From Candidatus Obscuribacteraceae bacterium (GTDB taxonomy: Bacteria; Cyanobacteriota; Vampirovibrionia; Obscuribacterales; Obscuribacteraceae): a DNA stretch of 64,000 bases. The DNA lies in NCBI GenBank assembly GCA_044226015.1, contig JBGAHS010000009.1, positions 288,001 through 352,000 of the forward strand, written 5' to 3'. Shown one piece after another: positions 27,332 to 36,865 of this stretch. A program made the position numbers and the translations under genes. The first letter of the stretch is position 1. Every line of letters starts with the position of its first letter. The notes beneath the pieces were generated by a model that was not told the origin of the DNA, did no database searches, and saw nothing but the letters and a program-made list of their open reading frames with translations.

Positions 27332-28492
27332 TTAGGTAGCGCCGTTGTTGGCACTCGTCTTTAACTTGTTTGAGTTCGGTTTCTGCTCTGAATCACTTTT
27401 GGCTTCTTTCTTAGAGTGGTATTTCTTGAGCTTCAGTATAGGATACTCAAAGAACTGCCAAGACAAAATACCAGTAAGCAAGGTGAGTACTGCAGCTACG
27501 GGAATGTTGATCCAATCAGGTGTAACAGCGTAGTAGAACTTTCCTCTCAGGTATGGCGCTAACACAAAGTAAAAGTTGTGCACCAGGTACATCATGTAGC
27601 TAATTTTTCCAAGATATCTTAGCGGTTGCACAGAAAGCGTGTTTATGAGAGGCTGGTTTCTAGTTGTTGCCAATCCATATATTGTTAACGCCATTGAAAT
27701 GTCTAGAATAAGCGAGTGTGATTCACCAATAAGTGCAATTCTCACACCGTAAATTACCATCATGATTATTCCGAGAACGAAAGAAATTGTTCCCATGTAT
27801 GGTTTGACTTTGGGTCCTTTTGCTTCGAAGAACGCAATCAAGCAACCAATTGCCATGGCTTTGTCTGCACAGCAGAGAAGCACGTTTGGCAGTGTCCCCG
27901 GAAGATTAGAGCTAATGATGCTTTGAATAATTGGTGAGCTGATCACCATCAGGCAGAGTATGGTAACTGTTGTTCTGGTGCTACAAGACAATACTATCCA
28001 CGGAATAATCAGATAGAACTGCTCTTGTACACAGATAGTCCAGAGGTGGCAGTATTGGTCGAGCTTCGCGTGCGCGAATATCTCGAAGTTGTAAGTAAAA
28101 GTGTAAAAAAGCAGCGGACAAGGCAGGAAATTTACCGCCAGAAGTACTGTCATCACAACATAATATGCTGGAAAAATTCTCAGCACACGATGTTGGTAGA
28201 ATCGCGAAATTTCGCCCCAGAAATCAGGACTCTTGTCCCTGATCAACGATTTAGTGATCAGATAGCCTGAAAGGGTCAGAAAATACCAGCCTGCTGCATC
28301 ACCAAAATAATGCAAGACTTTTCCCGGATCATATCCTAGTGAACAAATCTGGTGTTTAACGTATATGGTGAAGAATGCAATAAAGCGAATCGTGTCGAGG
28401 TGCTTTATACGATCCAATTGTGGGACTCCGGGGGGTTGATAGCGCTCAATAGTATATCGAATACTGCTAAGGTTTATCCATTTATAACTCAC
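27332..28492 (-). CDS. Acyltransferase family 3 (OafA/YrhL-like) membrane O-acyltransferase
   Basis: HLDTIRFIA, FLTLSGYLI, FYQHRVLRIFPAYY, HLWTICVQEQFYL and LGKISYMMYLVH motifs; about 10 TM segments; no SGNH domain. Confidence 0.88.
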   Translation of the reverse strand: MSYKWINLSSIRYTIERYQPPGVPQLDRIKHLDTIRFIAFFTIYVKHQICSLGYDPGKVLHYFGDAAGWYFLTLSGYLITKSLIRDKSPDFWGEISRFYQHRVLRIFPAYYVVMTVLLAVNFLPCPLLFYTFTYNFEIFAHAKLDQYCHLWTICVQEQFYLIIPWIVLSCSTRTTVTILCLMVISSPIIQSIISSNLPGTLPNVLLCCADKAMAIGCLIAFFEAKGPKVKPYMGTISFVLGIIMMVIYGVRIALIGESHSLILDISMALTIYGLATTRNQPLINTLSVQPLRYLGKISYMMYLVHNFYFVLAPYLRGKFYYAVTPDWINIPVAAVLTLLTGILSWQFFEYPILKLKKYHSKKEAKSDSEQKPNSNKLKTSANNGAT

Positions 28493-28605
28493 ATCAATGT
28501 GTTACGGAATACGTGTTCTTTTCCAAAACTACGTGGAATTCTCATTGTTAGCTTTTGGCTTGGGTCTTATCTTGCATACAAATAGTGATTTGCAGAGGTC
28601 CACGC

Positions 28606-29853
28606 TTGGAACTTCATAAACTGAGAATTCGTCGGGTTCTGGTTCTTATATCACTTTTGCTTTGTGGAGCCGCATTCGCGCAAGAGGCTGACCCTCACCC
28701 CAGTCTTTCACAAATTCTTGCAACGCAACCGAAGTCTTACGAGTCCTGGCTGACGAACAACTGGCAGGCTTATCGCCAGCAATTCGTCGAAGCCAATGGC
28801 AGAGTCATCGAGCCTGGTGCATCATTCACCACCAGCGAAGCCGTTGGGCACGCAATGCTCATCTCCGTCTTTATGAAAGATAAGAAGACCCTTGATTCTA
28901 TTTGGTCATGGGCAGAAGAGAATATGGCGAATGATAAGCGCCCAAACTACGGTCCGTTTGCCTGGAAGGTTTATTTTGCCAACAACCCAGAGGGGGCAAG
29001 AACCCTCTATGAATCAGCAACGGATGCAGATCAAGATATTATCTTAGCTCTTGTATTGGCTCATTTTACCTGGTCAGATCCTAAGTACTTAAGTCGATCT
29101 CTCGAGCTACTCGATCGCCTCTGGGACCTGAATACAGTCGAAGTAAAAGGAGAGCGATACGTCACTGCAGGTGACTGGGCAAGCAAGTTAGCTTCCCCGC
29201 GCCTTAACCCCAGCTATTGTGCTCCTTACGCCTACCGAATCTTCGCGTGCGTTGATAAAAAACATGACTGGAATAAAGTTGTTGATAGCAGCTACAAACT
29301 GCTCAAAGAATCGGCTAAGGTAAGCCGTCTTGGTCTGCCACCAGACTGGTGCAACGTAAACAAAGAAGGTGTGATTTCTGTCAATCCCTACTCTTCTGAT
29401 GCTGCTTATTCCTACGAAGCTATGCGTATTCCATGGAGAATTGCTCTCGACTATCAGTGGTCGGGTGACAAACGTGCCTCTGAAACCATTGAAAGCTTGA
29501 AATTCTTACTGGATAGTTGGCGACTCACTAAGACTATAAATGCCGGCTATAGCCCAACTGGTGTGCTGGTAAAATCAGAAGAGCCCTTGCCAGCTGTAGC
29601 CTGTGCATTGCCTGCGATTAAGTACATGGATCGCTCTGCCGCTAACGAGATTGTCAAACTAAAATTACTGCCAAGATTCTCTGATAACCTGTACTCGCCT
29701 GCGAAGATTATCTACAATAACTCGTGGTCTTTCTTTTCGGTTGCCGCTTACTCTGAACAACTTGAAATGCCTAAACGGCTGAGTTCTCTTGTAGGGCAGA
29801 GCGAACGATCTCAAGAAATTTTGCTGGCGAAAGGTGGCGTTGCTACCTACTAG
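28606..29853 (+). CDS. bcsZ: Glycoside hydrolase family 8 endoglucanase (BcsZ-like), secreted
   Basis: TTSEAVGHAML, ESATDADQDI, LNPSYCAP, LPPDW and YSYEAMRIPWR motifs; signal peptide ending GAAFA. Probable start TTG 28606 with AGAGG upstream. Confidence 0.85.
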   Translation: MELHKLRIRRVLVLISLLLCGAAFAQEADPHPSLSQILATQPKSYESWLTNNWQAYRQQFVEANGRVIEPGASFTTSEAVGHAMLISVFMKDKKTLDSIWSWAEENMANDKRPNYGPFAWKVYFANNPEGARTLYESATDADQDIILALVLAHFTWSDPKYLSRSLELLDRLWDLNTVEVKGERYVTAGDWASKLASPRLNPSYCAPYAYRIFACVDKKHDWNKVVDSSYKLLKESAKVSRLGLPPDWCNVNKEGVISVNPYSSDAAYSYEAMRIPWRIALDYQWSGDKRASETIESLKFLLDSWRLTKTINAGYSPTGVLVKSEEPLPAVACALPAIKYMDRSAANEIVKLKLLPRFSDNLYSPAKIIYNNSWSFFSVAAYSEQLEMPKRLSSLVGQSERSQEILLAKGGVATY

Positions 29854-29877
29854 TGATATTGAACGTAGGAGTCCTAA

Positions 29878-31479
29878 TTGAGCCATACAACGGAAGAGCA
29901 TTCTGCACCTGTTAGAAGATTGCCTCTCATAACTCCATTTGGATTCGCTCTGATATTCCTGGCTCTGGCTGGCGTATTCTTCAGATTCTACAAACTTGAC
30001 CTTAGAGAGTTTTGGTACGACGAAACTATTTGCTGGCTTGCCAGCATGGGTCACGGCTTGCCAATCGAGCCCAATAGCTTTAGGGACTCAATGTCCATTT
30101 TTTCTGAGCTAGTAAGGGTACAGGATTGCGGACCTTCAGAGGTTGTCGATAATTTTTCAAGGACTCATACCTGGCACGTGCCACTGATTGGATTATTGAC
30201 CCATTACTGGTTAAGCCTGTTTGGGGCTACTGTTTTTAACGCCAGATTGCTGTGCGTGATTCTCTCGCTCTTTCAACTGCCAGCCGCTTACTGGCTAGGA
30301 ATAGCAATGACTGGAAAAAGGCGCGCTGGGCTCTGCTGTCTTGCTCTTGTATCCGCCTCTCCATTGCTTGTTTCTTATGCCCAAGAACTGAGTGATTATG
30401 CTTTGCTTTCGAGCACATTGATAGCTGCTCAGGCGGCTTTCCTTTTTGCAATTAGGAAACGAAAACTTTTGTTCTGGGCAATTTATGCTCTTGTTTTGGC
30501 TTTAGGTCTGGCGAACTCGCTTCACTTTGTTTTCTTGCCGCTAACCCAAATGGCTTACGCTTGTTTCTTAGGACGCAAGAGGCTCAAATTATTGCTCCCT
30601 TTATTGGCATGTTTGGCTCTTGCATTAGTGCTTAGTTCTCCATTGTGGATCAAAATCTTTTACTGGATGAATCATGCCCGAGCTGACATGGAATGGCTCA
30701 ACAAGAGAACTGAATTGCCGTATTTGCTCAAGGGTTTGATTGATAATCTCGGATTCACATTCCTTGATTGGAATACCTTTTACGAAAAGGGAAATGAGAG
30801 CCATACTTACTGGGATCTCTACGTTTTGATTCATCTCCTTGAGATATTGGCGATGCTGTTTTGTTTTCGAGGCAGATTCAGAGTCTTCAAGAAGCTGCTT
30901 CCTCTCTCATTTTTGAGTAACGTTGGGCCCTGGCTTTTGCTCGATTTAGTGCGCTCTGGTTTTCGAAGTTCGATTACCAGGTATGTTCTTCAAGCTTGCA
31001 TTATGCTGAACGTAGCTGTATCACTTGTTTTGTATAAGTTTTGGTCCAAGCGAGAAACGAGCAATTCCCATGCGGTCGGATTTTTGCTGCTCTTCTGTCT
31101 GCTGGCTTATTCTGAATTGAGCTCTTGTTATATTTTGTCTAACTCGCAGATGAGCCAAAATAGAGCTATTAAGAAAACGAGCTTGAAGGAACTTGCGCAT
31201 TTCCTCAATTCAATACAAAAGCCTGTGTGTTTGATTATTGATTTAGGTGTTCCAACAAATAAAATGCAGTCGGTTGCATTGTCTCGCTATCTTGAAAAAC
31301 CTATTAAATACTACTATTTTGGGGGAAGGCTACCAGAAAAATTTGACGCAGATACTGTCTATCTGGCGATGAATCCTCTTGAAGATACGCAGCAGCTCAT
31401 AAAGAAAACTATTGCTTGCCGAATGATTTATCCCACCCGAAGCAAATACATTTTTGAAATAGAGCCTCCGAGTTTTTAG
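29878..31479 (+). CDS. GT-C fold membrane glycosyltransferase (GT39/PMT_2/ArnT-like)
   Basis: First TM followed by FRFYKLDLREFWYDE; later ARLLCVILSL and SPLLVSYAQE; many TM segments. AGGAG RBS precedes the TTG start. Confidence 0.8.
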   Translation: MSHTTEEHSAPVRRLPLITPFGFALIFLALAGVFFRFYKLDLREFWYDETICWLASMGHGLPIEPNSFRDSMSIFSELVRVQDCGPSEVVDNFSRTHTWHVPLIGLLTHYWLSLFGATVFNARLLCVILSLFQLPAAYWLGIAMTGKRRAGLCCLALVSASPLLVSYAQELSDYALLSSTLIAAQAAFLFAIRKRKLLFWAIYALVLALGLANSLHFVFLPLTQMAYACFLGRKRLKLLLPLLACLALALVLSSPLWIKIFYWMNHARADMEWLNKRTELPYLLKGLIDNLGFTFLDWNTFYEKGNESHTYWDLYVLIHLLEILAMLFCFRGRFRVFKKLLPLSFLSNVGPWLLLDLVRSGFRSSITRYVLQACIMLNVAVSLVLYKFWSKRETSNSHAVGFLLLFCLLAYSELSSCYILSNSQMSQNRAIKKTSLKELAHFLNSIQKPVCLIIDLGVPTNKMQSVALSRYLEKPIKYYYFGGRLPEKFDADTVYLAMNPLEDTQQLIKKTIACRMIYPTRSKYIFEIEPPSF

Positions 31480-34400
31480 TCTTGAACTTCTGGATTTCTT
31501 TTCTGCGGTTTTGATTCGGAAGAGTTAGGGTGCGCCTTCTGGTAGTGTTGTATTGATTTTTCCACCAGGGCCATCGCCTTATCAAACCTGCCTAGAGTGC
31601 GGAAGTTGTATGCTGATTCCAGTTCGACCTCCGGATCATCTGGGTAGAGCAGTCGGGCCTTCTTTAAGTAAGATTCTGCTGCAAGCTCTCGTCCTTCATT
31701 ATGAAGACTTCTGGCCAAGCCCAACAAGGCCGCTTTGTTTTCTGGTTCCTTTGCAATTATTTGCTTGAACTCTTTCTTTGATTGACCTGCTTTTCCTCTC
31801 CATGACAGCACTCTTGCATGATTTGCCAGGTCGTCGCTTTCGCCCGTTTCTTGATGGAGTTCTTTGTATAAGGCTAGGGCTTTGTCATAAAGTTTTCGCG
31901 ATTCGTAAGATTGTGCAAGCAGTCTCTTTGTTTCATTTTTGTCAGTGCTTGCGCTATTCAATTCGCGTTCAACAATTTGTGTCGCTTTTTCCTTTAATTT
32001 GGGATCTTCCGACCAGAGAATTGACCGAGCCAATCCCTTTGATGCTGTGGAATTGTTGGGTTCTTCTTTCAATACTATTTCAAATTCATGTGCAGCCTTA
32101 TCGGGTTGGTCTGTCCAACAGTAGGCTTGTGCCAACAGTAACCGTGAGTTTATGTCAGCTGTTTTATCTACGTGATCTTTAAGCAGAATTATCGCATCTG
32201 CTCTGCTGTTCTCATTCCATAGCTTTATCATCGCAAGGGTTCGGAGCATCTCTGGGCTGTGATTACCCGTCTTGTGAAGCTCTTCGCCAGCATATTTTGC
32301 TAAGTCCCTTAGTTCGTTGTGCTCGATAGAAAGTCGCAATAGAGCTAACCCATCTTCTGGTGTCAACTTAGAGATCATCTTATTTAGCAGCTCATATGAT
32401 TGTTCCTTTTGTTCCTTTTGTTCGCTTTTGCAGAGAAGGAGTATTTTCTCAAAGACCAATTTCTTGCTTTGCTCCACAAGATCAGTATTCTCATTGAGTA
32501 ACTTCAAGGCTTCGGCAGAATTTCCATTCCTCATTAGCGAATCACTCAAATAGTAAAGGAAGTTAGGATTTTTCGGTTCTTTCTGGAAAAGGTCTCTGGC
32601 TAGTTTTACCGAGTCTTCGTGCTTACCTTGAAGGTAAAGTGTTTCCAGCAATAGCCCAGCAGTTGCTGTGTCTTCTGGTGCTGATTCCAGAACTTTCAAG
32701 AAGACTTGTTTCGCGTCTTCGAATTTGCCAGACCAGCTAAGTGCTTGTCCATATGCTTTCAAAACGTCTAGATTTTTTGTGTCTTCAGCCAAAAGCTCGC
32801 TGAACATTTTTAGGGCTTCTTCGCGAGTCTCTGGTTTGTAGGAGAGTTCGCGAGCAAGCAAGAAATTGATTTTTGCTGTTTTATATTCTGCAACTGCCCT
32901 TCGCAGAATTTCAATACCAGCATCGTTGTTATTGGCAAATATTTCGGCGTTCGCTTTAGTCAATACAATGGCTAATCTGTTGTCTGCGTCTTTTGTGAAT
33001 TTCTCGTCTGCCTCTATTTCAGCCAGAAGTTTCTTAGCTTCATCAAACTGTTTTTGCTGCAAGAGCAGCCCGCTATACCAGAGCTTGTAACTAGTTGGTA
33101 GGGAAGCTAGTAGCTCGGGCTGAGCATGAATAATCTCACTAGTCTTTGTTGTTGCCTCATCGTAGGAGTCTTCATCCCAGGAGAGCCACTGCAAATATTG
33201 CAGTTCAGCATAAGGGTCTTCCTCTTTGCTGTGGGTTTCCAGGTAGAGCTTAAGCTGCTTTATTGATTCTGCTGTTTGTCCACTGGCATTGGCAAGAATT
33301 GCTGAAAAATATACTAAGTCTCGCGGGCGAGTATCGCCTAATGCCGTGACGCTCACTTTCGGATTGTGCTTATGATCTAAAAGTTCTTGACTCGTTAAAT
33401 AGGCTGCTTTGGCTTCGCCGCTCGATAATTGCAATTGAGCTATCAGCAGCCCTGCTTGAACATTGTTTGGATCTTTCCTGTACAAGTCTTTTGCAATTGC
33501 CAGGGCTTCTGGAAAATCCTTCTCGTCCCAACTTAGAATGCTTGCAAGTCTGGCTTGAATTGTTTTCTCACCCGGATTGTGCTTTAAAAATTCACGGAAG
33601 TACGAGATGCTTTCTTGCCTTTTATCCATCCAGCTTGCTAGTTCACCAGCGATCGCTAAAGCGCTCCAATTTGCTTTTTTATCGCCAATTGTGAATTCTG
33701 CATGCGCCAAAATCGGATAGGCTTTCGCTATAGCCACCACTTGGTCGAAGCCCGTTTGCTTGCTCTCCATGAAGAACTGAAGAAGCGCCGCTTCTAATTT
33801 CAAGTCAGGACTGTTTGGTTTTGCTTTAGTCAGAATTCTCATTTGACTGAAAGCTTGCTTTGTGGACTGGCTGTCTTTGCCTTGTGAGAGAAAGTGAACA
33901 AACTCAAGGCGAACCTTCTCATCAGAGGGTTTTACTCTCAGATATCTCTCAAGGTAGTTTTTGTAAGATTCTCTATCTCCGCTCCAGAGCGATAAGTTTG
34001 CCAGATTTCTAAGTGCATCCAGATTGCTTGGATCGAGTACCAGGGCCTTTTTGAAAACATTTTTTGACTCGGTCCAGGTTTCTCTTTTCCAGCTCAGAAT
34101 CTGAGCTAGTTCCATTGTTTGTTTCAAATTATCTGGATGATATCTTAGATAGCCTCTCAAAACGCTGCATGCCTCTGGCCGTGTTGCATCAGATCCAATT
34201 AGCATTTGAACAAGGCTCAATGCGGCCGGAGAGCCAGGCACCTCTTTAACAACCCTTCTCAGGACATTTACCGAAAGAACGCCTTTCTTTCCTGTGTAGT
34301 CTCCACGGACTCGTTTATATAATTGCTCGAAAACACCATCTAACAACTCCTTCTTTTCAGTCATAGACTTGTTTTGAGCCGAAGCCGGCTTTGCAGGTGC

Positions 34401-34520
34401 AGCAGTAGGTTTTAGGGGCATGTTTTGTGCATTGACTGCCAGAAATGTGCTTTGGGCAATAGTCATGTAGGCAAGCGAATTTCGCAAGAACTTCTCTCTT
34501 TGGTACTTGCTTTTACTCAT
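31476..34520 (-). CDS. Periplasmic multi-TPR protein (BcsC/AlgK-like scaffold)
   Basis: Signal-peptide-like N-terminus, then ~1000 aa of TPR-like helices with a recurring LA.xLSW motif. ATGA overlap with the bcsA stop. Confidence 0.8.
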   Translation of the reverse strand: MSKSKYQREKFLRNSLAYMTIAQSTFLAVNAQNMPLKPTAAPAKPASAQNKSMTEKKELLDGVFEQLYKRVRGDYTGKKGVLSVNVLRRVVKEVPGSPAALSLVQMLIGSDATRPEACSVLRGYLRYHPDNLKQTMELAQILSWKRETWTESKNVFKKALVLDPSNLDALRNLANLSLWSGDRESYKNYLERYLRVKPSDEKVRLEFVHFLSQGKDSQSTKQAFSQMRILTKAKPNSPDLKLEAALLQFFMESKQTGFDQVVAIAKAYPILAHAEFTIGDKKANWSALAIAGELASWMDKRQESISYFREFLKHNPGEKTIQARLASILSWDEKDFPEALAIAKDLYRKDPNNVQAGLLIAQLQLSSGEAKAAYLTSQELLDHKHNPKVSVTALGDTRPRDLVYFSAILANASGQTAESIKQLKLYLETHSKEEDPYAELQYLQWLSWDEDSYDEATTKTSEIIHAQPELLASLPTSYKLWYSGLLLQQKQFDEAKKLLAEIEADEKFTKDADNRLAIVLTKANAEIFANNNDAGIEILRRAVAEYKTAKINFLLARELSYKPETREEALKMFSELLAEDTKNLDVLKAYGQALSWSGKFEDAKQVFLKVLESAPEDTATAGLLLETLYLQGKHEDSVKLARDLFQKEPKNPNFLYYLSDSLMRNGNSAEALKLLNENTDLVEQSKKLVFEKILLLCKSEQKEQKEQSYELLNKMISKLTPEDGLALLRLSIEHNELRDLAKYAGEELHKTGNHSPEMLRTLAMIKLWNENSRADAIILLKDHVDKTADINSRLLLAQAYCWTDQPDKAAHEFEIVLKEEPNNSTASKGLARSILWSEDPKLKEKATQIVERELNSASTDKNETKRLLAQSYESRKLYDKALALYKELHQETGESDDLANHARVLSWRGKAGQSKKEFKQIIAKEPENKAALLGLARSLHNEGRELAAESYLKKARLLYPDDPEVELESAYNFRTLGRFDKAMALVEKSIQHYQKAHPNSSESKPQKRNPEVQD

Positions 34521-36865
34521 TGTTCCGTCACCTTATTAGCTTCACTATCATGAATATTGACTTCGTCCTCATCTTCCAGATCATGGAAGAACTCGTATTC
34601 ATCTGTATATTCCAGGCTCTCAATAAGGTTCGTTTTGTCCGAACCGCTGCCATCAGCAAGTACCAGCTTTGGTTCCAATGACTTGGGCATTAGCTTAGCG
34701 ATAAGTGTATTTGGCAAAAGCGCAATATGTAAGCGCTTCTGATTCTCAATGATAGTCTCAAGCATTCTCACTGGACTGCTCAGCAGTCGCATAAACGAAC
34801 GATAGATTGAATCGACCGGTTCCGACAAGACTACCCATTCTCTGTTCGATGAATAGACGATGTCGACGAGTTGTCTATAGAGTTTTGTATCTGTTGGTTC
34901 AAGTTGAAATTGAACGCAGCAATTCACTTTTCCTTTGGAGGGGTCCGTAGAACGCACGAGCTTGCTCTTAATAGATATTAGCTCTTCATCAGCGCCCTCT
35001 ATGTATAGAATCGCCGTTTTACCCTGCTCGATAAAGGGAGTTTCTCGCAATTCGATACGTGCACCAAACTCGTTTATATCAATTGTACTTCCCACAAAGG
35101 AGGCTGTTTCACCACTTTCGTCAAAGGCTTCAATATCTAAGCTTGCAGGTATGTTTCGCTTAAGTCGGTGTGCCTTTCTTGACTGAGGTCGCTCCACTGC
35201 TACACAAATTGCCGAAAGGAGAATGGCTGCTGTGTAGAGATTCCAGAGAGAATTAACAAGAACGCCAACCACATCCTGCGAAATTGCTAACTGAACTAGT
35301 GCGCCAATGTACGAGAGCAGAACTATGATGAACAGGAAAAAGTGCGGCGTTACCAGAAAAATATCAAAGCAAAAATCCTTTAGTACAATTCCCTTTGGTG
35401 TCACTTGAAACATGACGCTCTTTGGTGAAAGGAATGTTCGTGTGACGTTGACGCAAAGCCTCGGTGAGTTGATTACTTCATATACATCTGACCAAAACGA
35501 ATGTCTGTAGTTTTCAAACACATAGTTTTGATTGAGTACATACATTACGAGATAAGGAGCACCAAATACCGCATACTCGAAAAGATCGACCTGCAAGGGA
35601 CAAATTCCTGCAAGCAAGAATATTGATGGAATGCAGAGGTAAACCATTCTTGGAAGAGAGAAAAGGAAATGCAGCATCCCGGAGAGATAGCACAATCTCT
35701 GCGCAAACGTCAGACCAGGGAAGGTTAGAGGATTGTAGTAGCGAAGCAGTTGCATTGCTCCTCTTGCCCAGCGGTTCTGTTGGACAAGGTAGCTATTGAG
35801 GTTCTCTGGACTTAGCCCAAGAACCTTCGGTAGGTGCACATAATGTGTTCGATATCCCTTGCTGTGAAGCAAGATAGTTAATTCACAATCTTCTGCTACC
35901 GATTTTGTAGGAATGCCACCTACCGATTCGATTGCTTTTCTGCTAAAAACTGCTGCTGAACCAGCAAAAAATGCCGCATTCCAGCCATTCTTCGCCACCT
36001 GTACAAGCTGAAAAAATAATTCCTGTTCTCCAGGAAGCGTGCCAACGAGGCGAAGGTTTCTTTCGACCGGTCCCGGATTCATAAATCTGTGAGCAAACTG
36101 CACCATTGCCACGTTGTCTTCAGTCTCAAAGTAATACATGGCCAGGTCCGCAATATCTGACGCGGGGACGTGGTCGGCATCAAGAATCAGGACATATTCG
36201 CCTTCGGTTTGCTGAAGCGCATTATTCAGGTTTCCGGCTTTAGCAAATTTATTGTTTGGTCTGGTTATGTATGAGCATTGAAACTGCTCTGCGATTTCAA
36301 GAATTTCGTCGCGGCGGCCATCGTCGAGAATGTAGATTTTCTTGTTTTCGTATTGAATGCTCTGGGCACCGGCCACTGTGCGTCGTACAATATCAGGCGC
36401 TTCATTGTATGTAGCGATAAAAATATCGAGGCTTGGATTATAACTCGCACTTCGCTTTTCATACTTTTCTGGTCGATGTAACCTGAGAAGTTGGAAGGCA
36501 AAAAGCAAGAAAATGAAAACGGTGTACGACTCCGCCAGAACTAATGCGACACTAGCGACAGTATTGAATAAACCATCAAGGTTGAGCGTGTGAAAATAAC
36601 GCCACCATAGAAATCGAATTCCAGCGAAAGAACCGATCGCCATGATGACCAGTCTGATTCTATTATTCTCTCTGATTTTACTCAGGATGAATCCTGCTAC
36701 GAAAATTGCAATTGAAATCCAAAATTCGGTTGTAGCTGAGTAAGAATATGGATAGCAAATTGAAGAAGCAATGTACGCAAACAATGCGCCACCGAGCCAG
36801 ATACAGGATGCTTTCCAATCCGGTATTCTCTGTTCAGTCTGCGTTGGCGTCGAGCTTGTCATCAA
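34517..36865 (-). CDS. bcsA: Cellulose synthase catalytic subunit-like GT2 with PilZ domain
   Basis: IATYNE, LDDGRR, AKAGNLN, LDADH, AED (TED equivalent), QQNRW, gating loop FQVTPK, and PilZ motifs RKAHR and DINEFG. Confidence 0.92.
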   Translation of the reverse strand: MMTSSTPTQTEQRIPDWKASCIWLGGALFAYIASSICYPYSYSATTEFWISIAIFVAGFILSKIRENNRIRLVIMAIGSFAGIRFLWWRYFHTLNLDGLFNTVASVALVLAESYTVFIFLLFAFQLLRLHRPEKYEKRSASYNPSLDIFIATYNEAPDIVRRTVAGAQSIQYENKKIYILDDGRRDEILEIAEQFQCSYITRPNNKFAKAGNLNNALQQTEGEYVLILDADHVPASDIADLAMYYFETEDNVAMVQFAHRFMNPGPVERNLRLVGTLPGEQELFFQLVQVAKNGWNAAFFAGSAAVFSRKAIESVGGIPTKSVAEDCELTILLHSKGYRTHYVHLPKVLGLSPENLNSYLVQQNRWARGAMQLLRYYNPLTFPGLTFAQRLCYLSGMLHFLFSLPRMVYLCIPSIFLLAGICPLQVDLFEYAVFGAPYLVMYVLNQNYVFENYRHSFWSDVYEVINSPRLCVNVTRTFLSPKSVMFQVTPKGIVLKDFCFDIFLVTPHFFLFIIVLLSYIGALVQLAISQDVVGVLVNSLWNLYTAAILLSAICVAVERPQSRKAHRLKRNIPASLDIEAFDESGETASFVGSTIDINEFGARIELRETPFIEQGKTAILYIEGADEELISIKSKLVRSTDPSKGKVNCCVQFQLEPTDTKLYRQLVDIVYSSNREWVVLSEPVDSIYRSFMRLLSSPVRMLETIIENQKRLHIALLPNTLIAKLMPKSLEPKLVLADGSGSDKTNLIESLEYTDEYEFFHDLEDEDEVNIHDSEANKVTEQ

